64,000 bases of DNA. It comes from Escherichia phage GADS24. The stretch lies in sequence record OQ703618.1; one strand, written 5' to 3'. The translations under genes and the position numbers were made by a program. Below are positions 1 to 9,238 of this stretch, piece after piece (within the stretch, counting starts at the first letter, position 1; every line of letters begins with the position of its first letter). The notes beneath the pieces are model-generated. The model ran no database searches, had not been told where the DNA came from, and worked only from the letters and a program-made list of their open reading frames with translations.

Positions 1-1237
1 TATTATTCCAACTCCACAGAATGCTGGTGAATCAGGTGGTATTTCTAATTTACGTCCGTTCTATATTGCATTAAGTGATGGTAAAGTCAGCATGGGTCAT
101 GATGTTGATATCGGCGGCGGTAGATTTAAAGTAGAAGCGGCTGGGACTACGGTTGGTCAACGCATAACAGTAAATATGGCATCAGATGCTATTAGAATAA
201 ATGCCCCAACACAAGAATCTTCTAACTTCATCCAAGGACGTAAAGCAGATGTTCCAAAATGGTATTTAGGTATTGGCGATGGCGGCAACGTCGTTCGTAT
301 GCACAGTTACACCTACTCCCATGGTATTGCATTAAACTCTGATACGGTTGATATAGCTAAACCTCTTAGAATAGGTTCAACCCAGATTGGTACTGATGGT
401 AATATTACTGGTGGTTCTGGTAATTTTGCTAACTTGAATACCACAATAAATAACCTTAAGACGGATATTGTGTCGAGTTATCCAATTGGTGCTCCGATTC
501 CTTGGCCAACGGATACTCCTCCTGAAGGTTATGCCATAATGGAAGGTCAAACATTTGATGTTGACTTGTATCCTAAATTAGCTGCGGTGTATCCTTCCGG
601 CGCACTGCCTGATATGCGTGGTCAAACTATCAAGGGTAAACCATCTGGGCGTGATGTATTGAGTACAGAAGCAGACGGTGTTAAGTCACATAGCCATAGT
701 GCAAGTGCATCAAGCACAGATTTGGGTACTAAAAATACGTCAAGTTTTGATTATGGTAATAAAACGACTTCAAGCTTTGATTATGGTACTAAGACCAGCA
801 ATACCACAGGTAACCATGCTCATACGGTAAGTGGTACTACGAGTGCAGCTGGTAACCACCAGCACTCACAGACAGGCCCAAGAGGACCTAGTAACCAACC
901 GACCGGGATATTTCCTAATGGGGCTACTCTAATTAGTGGGTCTCAGGTTGTTGGTTTTGGCCTAAGCAACGGTGTCGTGCCTGGTACAAGCCAATATATT
1001 GCAAAGTCGTCAACAGAAGGTAACCATACTCATAGTTGGTCTGGTACTACAAGCACTACAGGTAACCATGCTCATACGGTAGGTATTGGTGCTCATTCTC
1101 ATACTGTGGGTATTGGCGCTCATTCTCATACTGTTGCAATTGGTTCCCATGGACATACAATAACTGTAAATGCCACAGGAAATACAGAAAACACAGTTAA
1201 AAACGTTGCTTTTAACTATATCGTTCGTTTAGCATAA
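1..1237 (+). CDS. 37: Long tail fibre distal subunit gp37, C-terminal part (5' end lies outside the window)
   Basis: Reading frame is open from position 2 with no stop; Gly/Thr-rich with repeated GNHxH and HSHTVxIG motifs like the T4 gp37 tip; sits immediately upstream of gene 38 and t. Confidence 0.75.
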   Translation, partial: IIPTPQNAGESGGISNLRPFYIALSDGKVSMGHDVDIGGGRFKVEAAGTTVGQRITVNMASDAIRINAPTQESSNFIQGRKADVPKWYLGIGDGGNVVRMHSYTYSHGIALNSDTVDIAKPLRIGSTQIGTDGNITGGSGNFANLNTTINNLKTDIVSSYPIGAPIPWPTDTPPEGYAIMEGQTFDVDLYPKLAAVYPSGALPDMRGQTIKGKPSGRDVLSTEADGVKSHSHSASASSTDLGTKNTSSFDYGNKTTSSFDYGTKTSNTTGNHAHTVSGTTSAAGNHQHSQTGPRGPSNQPTGIFPNGATLISGSQVVGFGLSNGVVPGTSQYIAKSSTEGNHTHSWSGTTSTTGNHAHTVGIGAHSHTVGIGAHSHTVAIGSHGHTITVNATGNTENTVKNVAFNYIVRLA

Positions 1238-1240
1238 GGA

Positions 1241-1263
1241 GAAGGGACTTCTGTCCCTTTTTA
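1241..1263 (+). terminator. Hairpin plus T-run directly after the gene 37 stop (terminator or attenuator-like)
   Basis: GAAGGGAC-TTCT-GTCCCTT followed by TTTTTAT. Confidence 0.4.
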
Positions 1264-1267
1264 TAAT

Positions 1268-1819
1268 ATGAAACTCTATCACTATTATTTTGACACTAAA
1301 GAATTTTACAAAGAAGAAAATTATAAACCATTAAAAGGCGTAGGATTTCCGGCTCATTCAACACCAAAAAAACCTTTAGACCCTAAAGAAGGCTATGCTG
1401 TTATATTTGACGAACGCGAGCAAGAATGGGTATATGTTGAAGACCATCGTGGAAAAACAGTATGGACTTATGATAAGCAAAAAATTGTTATTGACACCCC
1501 AGGTGCTCTTCAAAATGTTACTACAGAAGAACCTGGTGAATTTGACATTTGGACTGGCGACGGGTGGAAGGAAGATGAAGCATATAAACGCGTAGTTCAA
1601 CGTGATAAGAAAATTCATGAACTCTATAAATTATTCAGTGTTTTAAGTTCTCTTATTGACGCAGAGGTTGCTAATAGAGAAGAAAAACGAAAATTTAAAG
1701 AGCTCAAAAAATTCTTTGCCCTTTTAGAAAAACACGAACATCTTGGCGGTGAATTCCCTAAATTCCCTGACCTTGAAAACAAATCTATTGTCAAAGCGAT
1801 TATAAATATCTTTAAGTAA
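1268..1819 (+). CDS. 38: Tail fibre assembly chaperone gp38 (T4 type, 183 aa)
   Basis: N-terminus MKLYHYYFDTKEFYKEENYKP and FALLEKHEHLGGEFP match recalled T4 gp38; same length; position between 37 and t. Confidence 0.85.
   Translation: MKLYHYYFDTKEFYKEENYKPLKGVGFPAHSTPKKPLDPKEGYAVIFDEREQEWVYVEDHRGKTVWTYDKQKIVIDTPGALQNVTTEEPGEFDIWTGDGWKEDEAYKRVVQRDKKIHELYKLFSVLSSLIDAEVANREEKRKFKELKKFFALLEKHEHLGGEFPKFPDLENKSIVKAIINIFK
1801..1808 (+). promoter_or_regulatory. T4-type late promoter (TATAAATA) upstream of holin t
   Basis: Exact TATAAATA about 20 nt upstream of the t start codon. Confidence 0.5.
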
Positions 1820-1828
1820 GGAGGTATT

Positions 1829-2488
1829 ATGGCAACACCAAAAGTATCATTTTCACTTAGTGATATTCTATTTGGGTTGCTAGATCGTATTTTCAAAGAT
1901 AACGCTACTGGAAAGGTTTTAATGTCCCGAGTAGCGGTAATTATTCTTTTGTTCCTAATGGCACTAATATGGTACAAAGGAAGTATTTTGCTGGATTATT
2001 ACGTAAGAGCTAAGTATGATACTTATACTGAAATAATCCAAAAAGAACGAGCTTTACGTTTTGAATCTGCGGCTCTAGAACAACTGCAAATAGTTCATAT
2101 CTCATCTGGTGCAGATTTTAGTGCTGTGTATTCTTTCAGACCTAAAAACTTAAATTATTTTGTCGACCTTATAGCTTATGAAGGCAAACTACCTAGCACA
2201 ATTTCTGAAAAGTCCCTTGGTGGATTCCCGGTGGATAAAACGGCCGATGAATATATAATTCATTTAAGCGGCCGTCATTTCTCATCTAAATCAGAATTTG
2301 CATTTTTGCCTACAAAATCTAAGACTGCCGAACTTTCTTATATGTATAGTTGTCCATACTTTAATTTGGATAACATCTATGCTGGAACTGTGACGATGTA
2401 TTGGTATAAGGGGAATAATATACTTGAGGAGGACCGCTTAGCGGCTATATGCAACCAAGCGGTCCGAATACTAGGAAGGGCTAAATAA
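1829..2488 (+). CDS. t: Holin T
   Basis: 219 aa; near-identical blocks to recalled T4 holin (SDILFG..DRxFKDNATGKVL, FSAVYSFRPKNLNYFVD, YMYSCPYFNLDNIYAGT); SD AAGGAGG upstream. Confidence 0.9.
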   Translation: MATPKVSFSLSDILFGLLDRIFKDNATGKVLMSRVAVIILLFLMALIWYKGSILLDYYVRAKYDTYTEIIQKERALRFESAALEQLQIVHISSGADFSAVYSFRPKNLNYFVDLIAYEGKLPSTISEKSLGGFPVDKTADEYIIHLSGRHFSSKSEFAFLPTKSKTAELSYMYSCPYFNLDNIYAGTVTMYWYKGNNILEEDRLAAICNQAVRILGRAK

Positions 2489-2761
2489 TTAGTTGTTAGA
2501 ATACATCGCTAAATGACGATAAATATTTTCAAAACCTTCATTGAATTCACTAATCAGTGTTTTCTTTTCTTCGGCAGTTAAATTTGTAATTAGTTTTCTG
2601 AACGAATTCTGATTTAACTGCCGACCATCTTTTTTAATTCCAATCTCATTCAAGAATCCGATGAAACTTGCTCGGTCTTCAACAATATCTTCCCTAGAGA
2701 ATTTAATCAAAATAGAAGCAATAGTAATAATTTCACGTACGATTTCAATGTCTTTATTCAT
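2489..2761 (-). CDS. asiA: Anti-sigma70 factor AsiA
   Basis: 90 aa; MNKDIEIVREIITIASILIKFSREDIVE matches recalled T4 AsiA. Confidence 0.9.
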   Translation of the reverse strand: MNKDIEIVREIITIASILIKFSREDIVEDRASFIGFLNEIGIKKDGRQLNQNSFRKLITNLTAEEKKTLISEFNEGFENIYRHLAMYSNN

Positions 2762-2807
2762 AACGTTTTATTCATTCCACTTAGTTGATATGGATATAGT
2801 ACCATTA

Positions 2808-3023
2808 TCAGTGTTGATTGTAAACGGCTTTTTCTACGCTTTTAACGTAATTGGTATAGTCTTCCTGTTCGTACGAGTGTAAGGCCAAGAACGGAACTAA
2901 TAGTTCATTATAGACTAAAGCCTCACGCTCACGTTCGGCCTCTACTACGTTCTGAAGATTATGACTCATATCGTTCCTTATAACTATCAATGTAGTCCTG
3001 TATGTCGAAGAACGACATTTCAT
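2808..3023 (-). CDS. Hypothetical small protein (arn region); likely starts at an internal Met
   Basis: ORF on the gene-dense minus strand between asiA and motA; overlaps the next ORF at its 5' end. Confidence 0.3.
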   Translation of the reverse strand: MKCRSSTYRTTLIVIRNDMSHNLQNVVEAEREREALVYNELLVPFLALHSYEQEDYTNYVKSVEKAVYNQH

Positions 3024-3345
3024 ATTCTAGGGCATTAAGAGCCCGTTCTTCAGTATAGTCAGAACCAAAGACGATAGTGATTTCACCAGGCTTCATGTGA
3101 TTGAAATCAACACTAAAAGGAATACGAGAACATACTTCGTCTGCCATATCTGCAACAACACTACGATACACTTCTCGGTTAACCTGATAAAGCTCTGCGA
3201 GTTCTTCAGAACGAATAACAAGTTCAGTGGCAGGATTTTCTTTGATTTTAGTAAGCATAGTCTTTACCCTTATGTTTTTGTTTACGTTTAGATTGAAGTT
3301 CTGATTTCTTCTTGTCCTTATGGACGGAAGCCTTATTGAAATCAT
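2959..3345 (-). CDS. Hypothetical protein in the asiA-motA interval (arn-like position)
   Basis: ORF on the coding strand; probable true start at internal MLTKIKENP; function not recognised. Confidence 0.45.
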   Translation of the reverse strand: MISIRLPSIRTRRNQNFNLNVNKNIRVKTMLTKIKENPATELVIRSEELAELYQVNREVYRSVVADMADEVCSRIPFSVDFNHMKPGEITIVFGSDYTEERALNALEYEMSFFDIQDYIDSYKERYES

Positions 3346-3557
3346 GTTTTGCTACAAGATTGTTCATAATGCTTTATAACCTCGTTTAAACATTTACTAG
3401 TGAAAGAAAACTTTTTAGCCACTGAACATTCGATAATGTGCTCTTTCAAATCTTTAGAGTCGGTATATCCCATCTCAGTAATAAAGTGGCGAATTAAAGC
3501 TTTATTCTTATCATTAACAGAATTAAAATAATCTGCTTTAGAATCAATTATTCTCAT
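3342..3557 (-). CDS. Hypothetical protein (71 aa)
   Basis: Tightly packed minus-strand ORF with ATGA overlap to neighbour. Confidence 0.5.
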   Translation of the reverse strand: MRIIDSKADYFNSVNDKNKALIRHFITEMGYTDSKDLKEHIIECSVAKKFSFTSKCLNEVIKHYEQSCSKT

Positions 3558-3825
3558 CGTCTAATTTCCTTAATTGATATTGCAACGAGCTAATAATTTC
3601 TTCGTTCATTTTAATATACATGTCACGCAAGAAAGATTTTAACCCGTCACGAATAATTGCTAACGTATCACCTTTACATAAATTAACCAAATAAGGATGG
3701 TCTAAAGCGTCCCAACCAGGCTGATTAGCATACATACCATAGTTTTCTTCCATCATATGATTAAGACGTTTGATATCTTGGATACGTGATTCAATAGCAT
3801 CTTTCTGGAGTTGTTTAATATTCAT
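3544..3825 (-). CDS. Hypothetical protein (93 aa)
   Basis: Minus-strand ORF in the early region, overlapping stop/start with neighbours. Confidence 0.5.
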   Translation of the reverse strand: MNIKQLQKDAIESRIQDIKRLNHMMEENYGMYANQPGWDALDHPYLVNLCKGDTLAIIRDGLKSFLRDMYIKMNEEIISSLQYQLRKLDDENN

Positions 3826-4286
3826 TAATAAAGGTCCTCTGAATAAAGTTCTTTCTCACTTCCGCCACGTTCAATACGTACCTGTCCAGCATACGTTGCA
3901 ATAATCATTGCTTCTTCACGAGTCCAGTAATTAGAGTATTGGTCGATAAAGCCTTGGTCATCACCACAAACTTGTTGCGAGACTAATTGAGGACCAACTA
4001 TATCAAGTACTTCAGCCATATCTTTAGAGTAATGACGAACTCCAGGAATAACCAGAGTTCCACCGCTCTTCAATTTAAATCTATTAGCTGCACATACTAT
4101 AACACGTTGAACTTTTTGGTCATTATTCCAATAACACGTTTGCCAACAGATTTCAGGAACTTCATTCATTACATCATCAGCAGAATAATTATAACCATAG
4201 GACTGAAATTTTTCTGCTAGACTTTCAGGAGTCTCACGAGACAAGGCCAAATCTAATAGCTCTAAACGTTCTTTAAATGATTTCAT
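3825..4286 (-). CDS. Hypothetical protein (153 aa)
   Basis: Minus-strand ORF with start/stop overlap to flanking ORFs. Confidence 0.55.
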   Translation of the reverse strand: MKSFKERLELLDLALSRETPESLAEKFQSYGYNYSADDVMNEVPEICWQTCYWNNDQKVQRVIVCAANRFKLKSGGTLVIPGVRHYSKDMAEVLDIVGPQLVSQQVCGDDQGFIDQYSNYWTREEAMIIATYAGQVRIERGGSEKELYSEDLY

Positions 4287-4612
4287 TTAAACCATTCCTT
4301 AATACGTTGCCAAATAGATTTTTGTGCTTGTTTATTTACACCAATCGAACGAATAACTGGTTGTGACTGCTGATATTCTTTATAATCTTCTTTATAGATT
4401 TCGTAAGCTGCATCAACAAATGAACTGATCGCTGCCATAAAGTTTTTACGAAGGCCAAATGGTGCGTCATTATTTTCACGAATAACCATATATTGGCCTG
4501 CTTTAATCTTTACAATTGTCCCTAAATAAGCCCCGTGGTACCAAATATCCCATCCTTCCTGAGTAGGTTCTGCACATTTACGAAGTTCGTTAATAATATT
4601 CAGCTTATTCAT
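4283..4612 (-). CDS. Hypothetical protein (109 aa), motA.1-like position
   Basis: Minus-strand ORF directly downstream of motA. Confidence 0.55.
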   Translation of the reverse strand: MNKLNIINELRKCAEPTQEGWDIWYHGAYLGTIVKIKAGQYMVIRENNDAPFGLRKNFMAAISSFVDAAYEIYKEDYKEYQQSQPVIRSIGVNKQAQKSIWQRIKEWFK

Positions 4613-4622
4613 TATGTATTCC

Positions 4623-5255
4623 TCACAGTACGTTAGTTACAAGGGTAATGATTTCTTTGGAAACATTAGGGAAGTCGATGTAGGTATATTTACCACCGAT
4701 CTTAATCTTAACATCATTTTCAAGAGAAGTAAACAGCTTTGATTCAGTTTCTGACATGTTGTATGCAAAGATTCTAAGAGAACCATTTCGACGAATTTCG
4801 ATCTGTCGAATACCTAGAACTCGTTTTGCAAATCGAACTTCCAAGTTACTACGGTTTTCACCGATTTCTTTAACTTCAACTTTATCTTTAATATTTTCAA
4901 AAACAAAGTTTGCTAATTCATGCATTTCAGGAGTAACTCCACGTGCTTTTCTGGTGTTACGTTTCTGAAGAAGTTCTGGAGCATTTTCTTGAGCAAATAG
5001 GTCTGCAGCTTTTTGGATAATATCCATTGCTTCACCTGTTGCTATAAGTCCATCACCAGATTTTTCGACTAAACCTTTCTTAATCAATACACCAATGTTA
5101 GAGTTAACAACCGATGCATTGTATTCCGCTTCCAGAGCTTCACGGACATTGGCAGCAGTGGTGAAGTTGTTCTTAATGATATAAACCATTATTGCAGCAG
5201 TTTTTTCATTCAGAGCGTTTTCAGAAGCTTTGATGATGTAAGTAACTTTAGACAT
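4623..5255 (-). CDS. motA: Middle-transcription activator MotA
   Basis: 210 aa; MSKVTYIIKAS..NSNIGVLIKKGLVEKSGDGLI..ENAPELL matches recalled T4 MotA; early promoter and terminator upstream. Confidence 0.9.
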   Translation of the reverse strand: MSKVTYIIKASENALNEKTAAIMVYIIKNNFTTAANVREALEAEYNASVVNSNIGVLIKKGLVEKSGDGLIATGEAMDIIQKAADLFAQENAPELLQKRNTRKARGVTPEMHELANFVFENIKDKVEVKEIGENRSNLEVRFAKRVLGIRQIEIRRNGSLRIFAYNMSETESKLFTSLENDVKIKIGGKYTYIDFPNVSKEIITLVTNVL

Positions 5256-5282
5256 TTTATTTCTCCAATTTGGTTGTTTTGT

Positions 5283-5323
5283 TTTGATAGGTCTATAATA
5301 TCATGTTTGAAGCATATGTAAAC
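5283..5323 (-). promoter_or_regulatory. Early promoter cassette for motA
   Basis: Minus strand GTTTAC-17 nt-TATTAT followed by AGACCTATCAAAAC. Confidence 0.55.
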
Positions 5324-5333
5324 TGTTTTGTGA

Positions 5334-5366
5334 GAAAAAAATGCACAAAAGGGAGCCGAAGCTCCC
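5334..5366 (-). terminator. Rho-independent terminator downstream of gene 52
   Basis: Minus strand GGGAGC-UUCG-GCUCCC followed by TTTTGTGCATTTTTTT. Confidence 0.6.
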
Positions 5367-5442
5367 TAATCATGTTTGTCCAACCAATACAGCCAAATCA
5401 CTAGTGCAGCTATTGCACCGAGAAATCCTAAGGCTAGGGCAC

Positions 5443-6768
5443 TCAAAGTGCCTCCAAGTCTTTAGTGTACTCTGTCACAACATCAGTAGACTTCCAATAC
5501 TCATTTTCTTCTTTCTTAGCTTTAGCTTCTTCTGCTAGTTTACGTGCTTCGTCGGAAGTGATATGGAAGATGTTAAGACCTACCAGTTTATCGACATGTT
5601 CTTTATACATTTCGATTTGTGCTAGCTCTTCAGTCAAAGCTTTACGAGTCTTGCCCTGAATCACAATTTCACCACTGATAACTTTTTTGATGAAGTGTGC
5701 CTTAGCAAAAGCAAGTTTAAATGCTTTTTCAGATTCAAGGATTTTGTTGTCAATACGTTTCTGAACGTAAGTCTTACGGACTTCAACAAAATCTTTGATT
5801 AAGTCCACTACGTTATCGTAGACAGCTAATTTACCCTTTTCATTAATCACTGTGATGTTTTGTGAACGACGTTCGATTAGACTAAAATCTTTCATGATTT
5901 TTTCATGACGTAGCTCTTCGTCATCAGGAAGCGAGTACTCTTTACGGAACTTCACCTTAAACCCAAAGCCGTGTTCACCGCAATCATCTTCCCATGAGAT
6001 TAGACCTTTGTCTTCCAACGGGTCGAGAACCTTACTCACATACGTTTCACGGTCGAATTTATATGGGATTTCAGTTATCTGCATTTGAGTGCGAGATGTG
6101 AACTTATATGTTCCGTGAATCTCATAACGCCCATCAACTTCATGTACTTCACCACGGAATTCCGGGAATTCAACTTTTGGCTTAGTGACATTTTTACCTT
6201 GAAGAGCTTGTAATACAGCCTTTTTGACTGATTTAAAACTATGAGGCAGAATATTTGTTGCGTAACCGGTTGCAATACCAGAGACGCCATTCAAAAGAAC
6301 TGTCGGAATAATAGGAAGATAGAATTTTGGTGGAATGTGTTCTTTATCTTCATGAGCTGGAGCATATTCAGTATCTTTATATACGTTATAGAAATTTTTA
6401 CTTACACGAGCAAAAATATAACGAGATGCTGCAGCTTTTTGGACTGTTCTAGAACCAAAGTTGCCTTGGCCATCTAACAGTGGATAGTTGTTGTTCCATG
6501 TGTTAGCCATCAATGCACCTGCATCTTGTGCAGAAGATTCACCATGGTGATAACCTAAATCTGCAACACCGCCTGCAATTGACGCAAGTTTATGAAATTT
6601 TTCTTTATTACCACGAGCCAAATCTAATGCACGATGAACCACAAAACGTTGAACCGGCTTAAATCCATCAATCATGTTTGGGATTGCACGGTTTTCAACG
6701 GTGTACATCGCATATGCTAAGGCTTCGTTATCAATAATACTTTTTAGATTACGAGAATTCAATTGCAT
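5443..6768 (-). CDS. 52: DNA topoisomerase II medium subunit gp52 (GyrA-like)
   Basis: 441 aa; GyrA-type motifs (RAIPNMIDGFKPVQR, active-site region HHGESSAQDA); T4 gene order. Confidence 0.9.
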   Translation of the reverse strand: MQLNSRNLKSIIDNEALAYAMYTVENRAIPNMIDGFKPVQRFVVHRALDLARGNKEKFHKLASIAGGVADLGYHHGESSAQDAGALMANTWNNNYPLLDGQGNFGSRTVQKAAASRYIFARVSKNFYNVYKDTEYAPAHEDKEHIPPKFYLPIIPTVLLNGVSGIATGYATNILPHSFKSVKKAVLQALQGKNVTKPKVEFPEFRGEVHEVDGRYEIHGTYKFTSRTQMQITEIPYKFDRETYVSKVLDPLEDKGLISWEDDCGEHGFGFKVKFRKEYSLPDDEELRHEKIMKDFSLIERRSQNITVINEKGKLAVYDNVVDLIKDFVEVRKTYVQKRIDNKILESEKAFKLAFAKAHFIKKVISGEIVIQGKTRKALTEELAQIEMYKEHVDKLVGLNIFHITSDEARKLAEEAKAKKEENEYWKSTDVVTEYTKDLEAL

Positions 6769-6772
6769 ATTT

Positions 6773-6913
6773 TCACCATATTAATGAACGAATAGCCATT
6801 ATAACATCTGAAATGAAAAGCACTACTTGGATTAGTCCAAACATCACACCATAGTACAGAACCGTAAGCAACAACAAGAGCCCGAAGGCTCCTGCTAAGA
6901 TTTTCTTAATCAT
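6773..6913 (-). CDS. Small hydrophobic peptide (46 aa), possible ac-like membrane peptide
   Basis: ATG with stop overlapping gene 52 start; translation MIKKILAGAFGLLLLLTVLYYGVMFGL is one transmembrane helix; below the ORF-track length cutoff. Confidence 0.35.
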   Translation of the reverse strand: MIKKILAGAFGLLLLLTVLYYGVMFGLIQVVLFISDVIMAIRSLIW

Positions 6914-7059
6914 TACTCGCCTTTTAATACGTTAAGAAGAGCTAAGACCGCTAAGGTACCTTGTGACACCGCCTGTTGAAATACTGTTGTTTCGCCTGTA
7001 ACTAAAGTGTTAACGAATAAAAACGACCAACACAGCAATGCAATAATCCATGCTACCAT
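6913..7059 (-). CDS. Small hydrophobic peptide (48 aa)
   Basis: ATG-initiated ORF MVAWIIALLCWSFLFVN..; stop overlaps the start of the downstream small ORF. Confidence 0.35.
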   Translation of the reverse strand: MVAWIIALLCWSFLFVNTLVTGETTVFQQAVSQGTLAVLALLNVLKGE

Positions 7060-7111
7060 TTTAATTACCTCAAAAATAAATTAAAGGCCCAACTTAATAG
7101 GCCCGTATAAA

Positions 7112-7558
7112 TTAGTAACTCTGCAGAATGAATTTGAAATTATCTGCCAGAAGACGGTTCATTTCAGTGAGTGTTTGATATTCTGATGTATGATTGCGAG
7201 TGAATGCCAGAGCCAATTGTCCTTTACCATAACCAGTGGTCAGAGGTTTCATGTTCTTAGCTGCAACAAAGATTACATCATATTCAATATTGTTAGTGCC
7301 CATGGTACGGGCTAGTTGCGAACGGCCTTGACGAATGTGAGAAAGAATTGCATCCAACCCTTGTTTAGAACGTTGACGTCCTACAAAGAATCGTGCTGCA
7401 ACTTGACGCCAATCAGATGAACCTTTAACAAAGAAGTAAAAACCTTCACGAGAACGAAACTCTTTAGAAACTTCAGAACCGTACTCGCCATTACGAACTA
7501 CTGCAACAACTTCACCGCCAACTGCCAGAAGGTCTTTACGAGTTAAATATTTGGACAT
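7112..7558 (-). CDS. ndd: Nucleoid disruption protein Ndd
   Basis: 148 aa; [65 protein letters not shown] matches recalled T4 Ndd. Confidence 0.8.
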   Translation of the reverse strand: MSKYLTRKDLLAVGGEVVAVVRNGEYGSEVSKEFRSREGFYFFVKGSSDWRQVAARFFVGRQRSKQGLDAILSHIRQGRSQLARTMGTNNIEYDVIFVAAKNMKPLTTGYGKGQLALAFTRNHTSEYQTLTEMNRLLADNFKFILQSY

Positions 7559-7592
7559 GCTAATTTCCTCAATTGATTAATGTTTTTGTAAT

Positions 7593-7633
7593 CCATGAGA
7601 GCATTATACTCTGCTCTCAAGAGTTTGTACAAT
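7593..7633 (-). promoter_or_regulatory. Early promoter cassette for ndd (near-duplicate of cassette at 52499)
   Basis: Minus strand TTGTACA-AACTCTTGAGAGCAGAG-TATAAT-GCTCTCA. Confidence 0.55.
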
Positions 7634-7634
7634 T

Positions 7635-7835
7635 TTATTCGGCTATATCAGAACGTTCAAAAAGCTCTTCAACAGTTAAACATTCAGTGTCATCTTCAAT
7701 AAAGAATCGAGTCCAACACGTTGGGGCGATACAGTTATGAGTTTGTCCGGCTATAGAAGCTACACGAATAAGCTGTTGGCCATTATTCAGGACAAATTTT
7801 TCGCCAATTTCAACATCTTTAAAAAGCTTAGCCAT
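7635..7835 (-). CDS. Hypothetical protein (66 aa)
   Basis: Minus-strand ORF preceded by an early-promoter cassette. Confidence 0.5.
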   Translation of the reverse strand: MAKLFKDVEIGEKFVLNNGQQLIRVASIAGQTHNCIAPTCWTRFFIEDDTECLTVEELFERSDIAE

Positions 7836-7854
7836 TTTGTGTTCCTCGTGTTTT

Positions 7855-7903
7855 GATAGGACTACTATACCATAATCCTACCTTGATGTAAACAATTAAA
7901 TTA
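7855..7903 (-). promoter_or_regulatory. Early promoter/stem-loop cassette
   Basis: Minus strand GTTTAC-18 nt-TATAGT-AGTCCTATCAAAAC. Confidence 0.5.
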
Positions 7904-8085
7904 CATTAAAGTATGTTAAAGCCAACCATGTTCCAGTGAACGAACATGCGATGTAAAAACCCGTATCACAAATTGTTCTTAGTACAATAATAAGTGCATT
8001 TTTCATAAGTACCTCAACACAATTGAAAATATTATACAAATCATTGGGATACTAAGCAACCATATTCCGATCCACATTTTAGAGC

Positions 8086-8349
8086 TCATATCTCAACTTC
8101 CGCGAGTTCCATATATCCTTTGTTGATAACCTCTTTAAGGTCTTTAGAAAGAATAACACAAAAATGGTCGTTCATATGCCCATTAACCAGACGAGTTATT
8201 TCGGCTTCAGATGACATATAAGGCACGTCTGAGTCCCAATGAGATAGTCCCAAATGGGTATAAATCATCCCTTCGTCATCTGCAGTGTTGTACATTGAAA
8301 CAAATTCGCCTGTTACTTTATGTTTTGCGTAGAAAAATTTAAATTTCAT
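8086..8349 (-). CDS. Hypothetical protein (87 aa)
   Basis: Minus-strand ORF preceded by an early-promoter cassette. Confidence 0.5.
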   Translation of the reverse strand: MKFKFFYAKHKVTGEFVSMYNTADDEGMIYTHLGLSHWDSDVPYMSSEAEITRLVNGHMNDHFCVILSKDLKEVINKGYMELAEVEI

Positions 8350-8365
8350 GATGTTATCCTCTTTT

Positions 8366-8404
8366 AGATAGGACTACTATATCATAGTCCTACTTAGTTG
8401 TAAA
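8366..8404 (-). promoter_or_regulatory. Early promoter/stem-loop cassette
   Basis: Minus strand ATTTAC..GGACTATG-ATATAG-TAGTCCTATC (inverted repeat around -10). Confidence 0.45.
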
Positions 8405-8417
8405 TACTTTTATGAAA

Positions 8418-9038
8418 TTAAAGTTGAAGATACCACCCGTTGTAGTTGCTCTTGCGGACGATTTTCTTTAGGTCTTCATGGTCTCCCACAAACTTTATAG
8501 AATAAGAGAAGACGTCAGGTGAGGTTTCTTTGGCATCTAATATAATAATGCAATCTGCGACTCGATGGTTCAAGAAGGGGCCTATATTGATTCCATTACC
8601 ACCCGGATAATCACCACTGTATCCTGTGGTAACCGAAATCCATTTAGAATCTATCTGATGTGTCTTGACTTCTACACGAATTCCACAATACTTCGGATGG
8701 GCTAACACGTCCCATGCATACGTGTACGGGTCTTCTACGTCTTCAATACCTTTATTAACATATCCGTCTAGCCAATTTGCTACTACATACTCTGCAAAGA
8801 CCGCAACCTTACAACGTCGAACTACATCTTCTTTGTTTTGGTCAGGATTTTGGCTCAGGGAATACCGAGCAGTGTCAGCAATCTTCACCTTCATTTCACT
8901 AGTCAAAAACTCATTCGACAGGATAAATGTCGGAAGATTCTTCAGTCTCAACAGTCCCAAGTTCGTCTTTACCATAGATACCTCTGATGTGTAGTTCGCC
9001 AAAATAAATGCGGTCACCTTCTTCAAGATATTCTGCAT
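8418..9038 (-). CDS. Hypothetical protein (206 aa); occupies the position of denB (endonuclease IV) in T4
   Basis: Assignment by synteny only (between rIIB and ndd); sequence not recognised. Confidence 0.5.
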   Translation of the reverse strand: MQNILKKVTAFILANYTSEVSMVKTNLGLLRLKNLPTFILSNEFLTSEMKVKIADTARYSLSQNPDQNKEDVVRRCKVAVFAEYVVANWLDGYVNKGIEDVEDPYTYAWDVLAHPKYCGIRVEVKTHQIDSKWISVTTGYSGDYPGGNGINIGPFLNHRVADCIIILDAKETSPDVFSYSIKFVGDHEDLKKIVRKSNYNGWYLQL

Positions 9039-9198
9039 CTACAGGCGGAATTTCAATAACAACTTCGTCACATTCTAACCACCCGTAGTGTGCATCGCCA
9101 GGATGTTTTACCAATTTAGCACAATAAACTGATTTACATTTATGATGGCCACGAAGATTAGCGATTTTGGATTCTGATACGTCAAATGGATGAATCAT
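8911..9198 (-). CDS. Hypothetical protein (about 95 aa from internal Met)
   Basis: ORF downstream of rIIB; track start overlaps rIIB so trimmed to internal ATG (MIHPFDV). Confidence 0.4.
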   Translation of the reverse strand: MIHPFDVSESKIANLRGHHKCKSVYCAKLVKHPGDAHYGWLECDEVVIEIPPVDAEYLEEGDRIYFGELHIRGIYGKDELGTVETEESSDIYPVE

Positions 9199-9208
9199 AA
9201 TTACCCCT

Positions 9209-9233
9209 AAAGAAAAAGGGGACCGAAGTCCCC
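9209..9233 (-). terminator. Rho-independent terminator downstream of rIIB
   Basis: GGGGAC-UUCG-GUCCCC followed by TTTTTCTTT. Confidence 0.55.
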
Positions 9234-9238
9234 AATTA

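Noticed and set aside
1376-1977. Opposite-strand and alternate-frame ORFs overlapping gene 38 (1376-1618 minus, 1395-1595 plus, 1624-1977 minus)
   Set aside because: They lie inside a well-supported conserved gene; low-complexity, hydrophobic translations typical of AT-rich antisense frames
6880-6900. GAGCC-CGAA-GGCTC hairpin resembling a terminator
   Set aside because: Falls inside the small hydrophobic ORF (encoding AGAFG) and has no U-run
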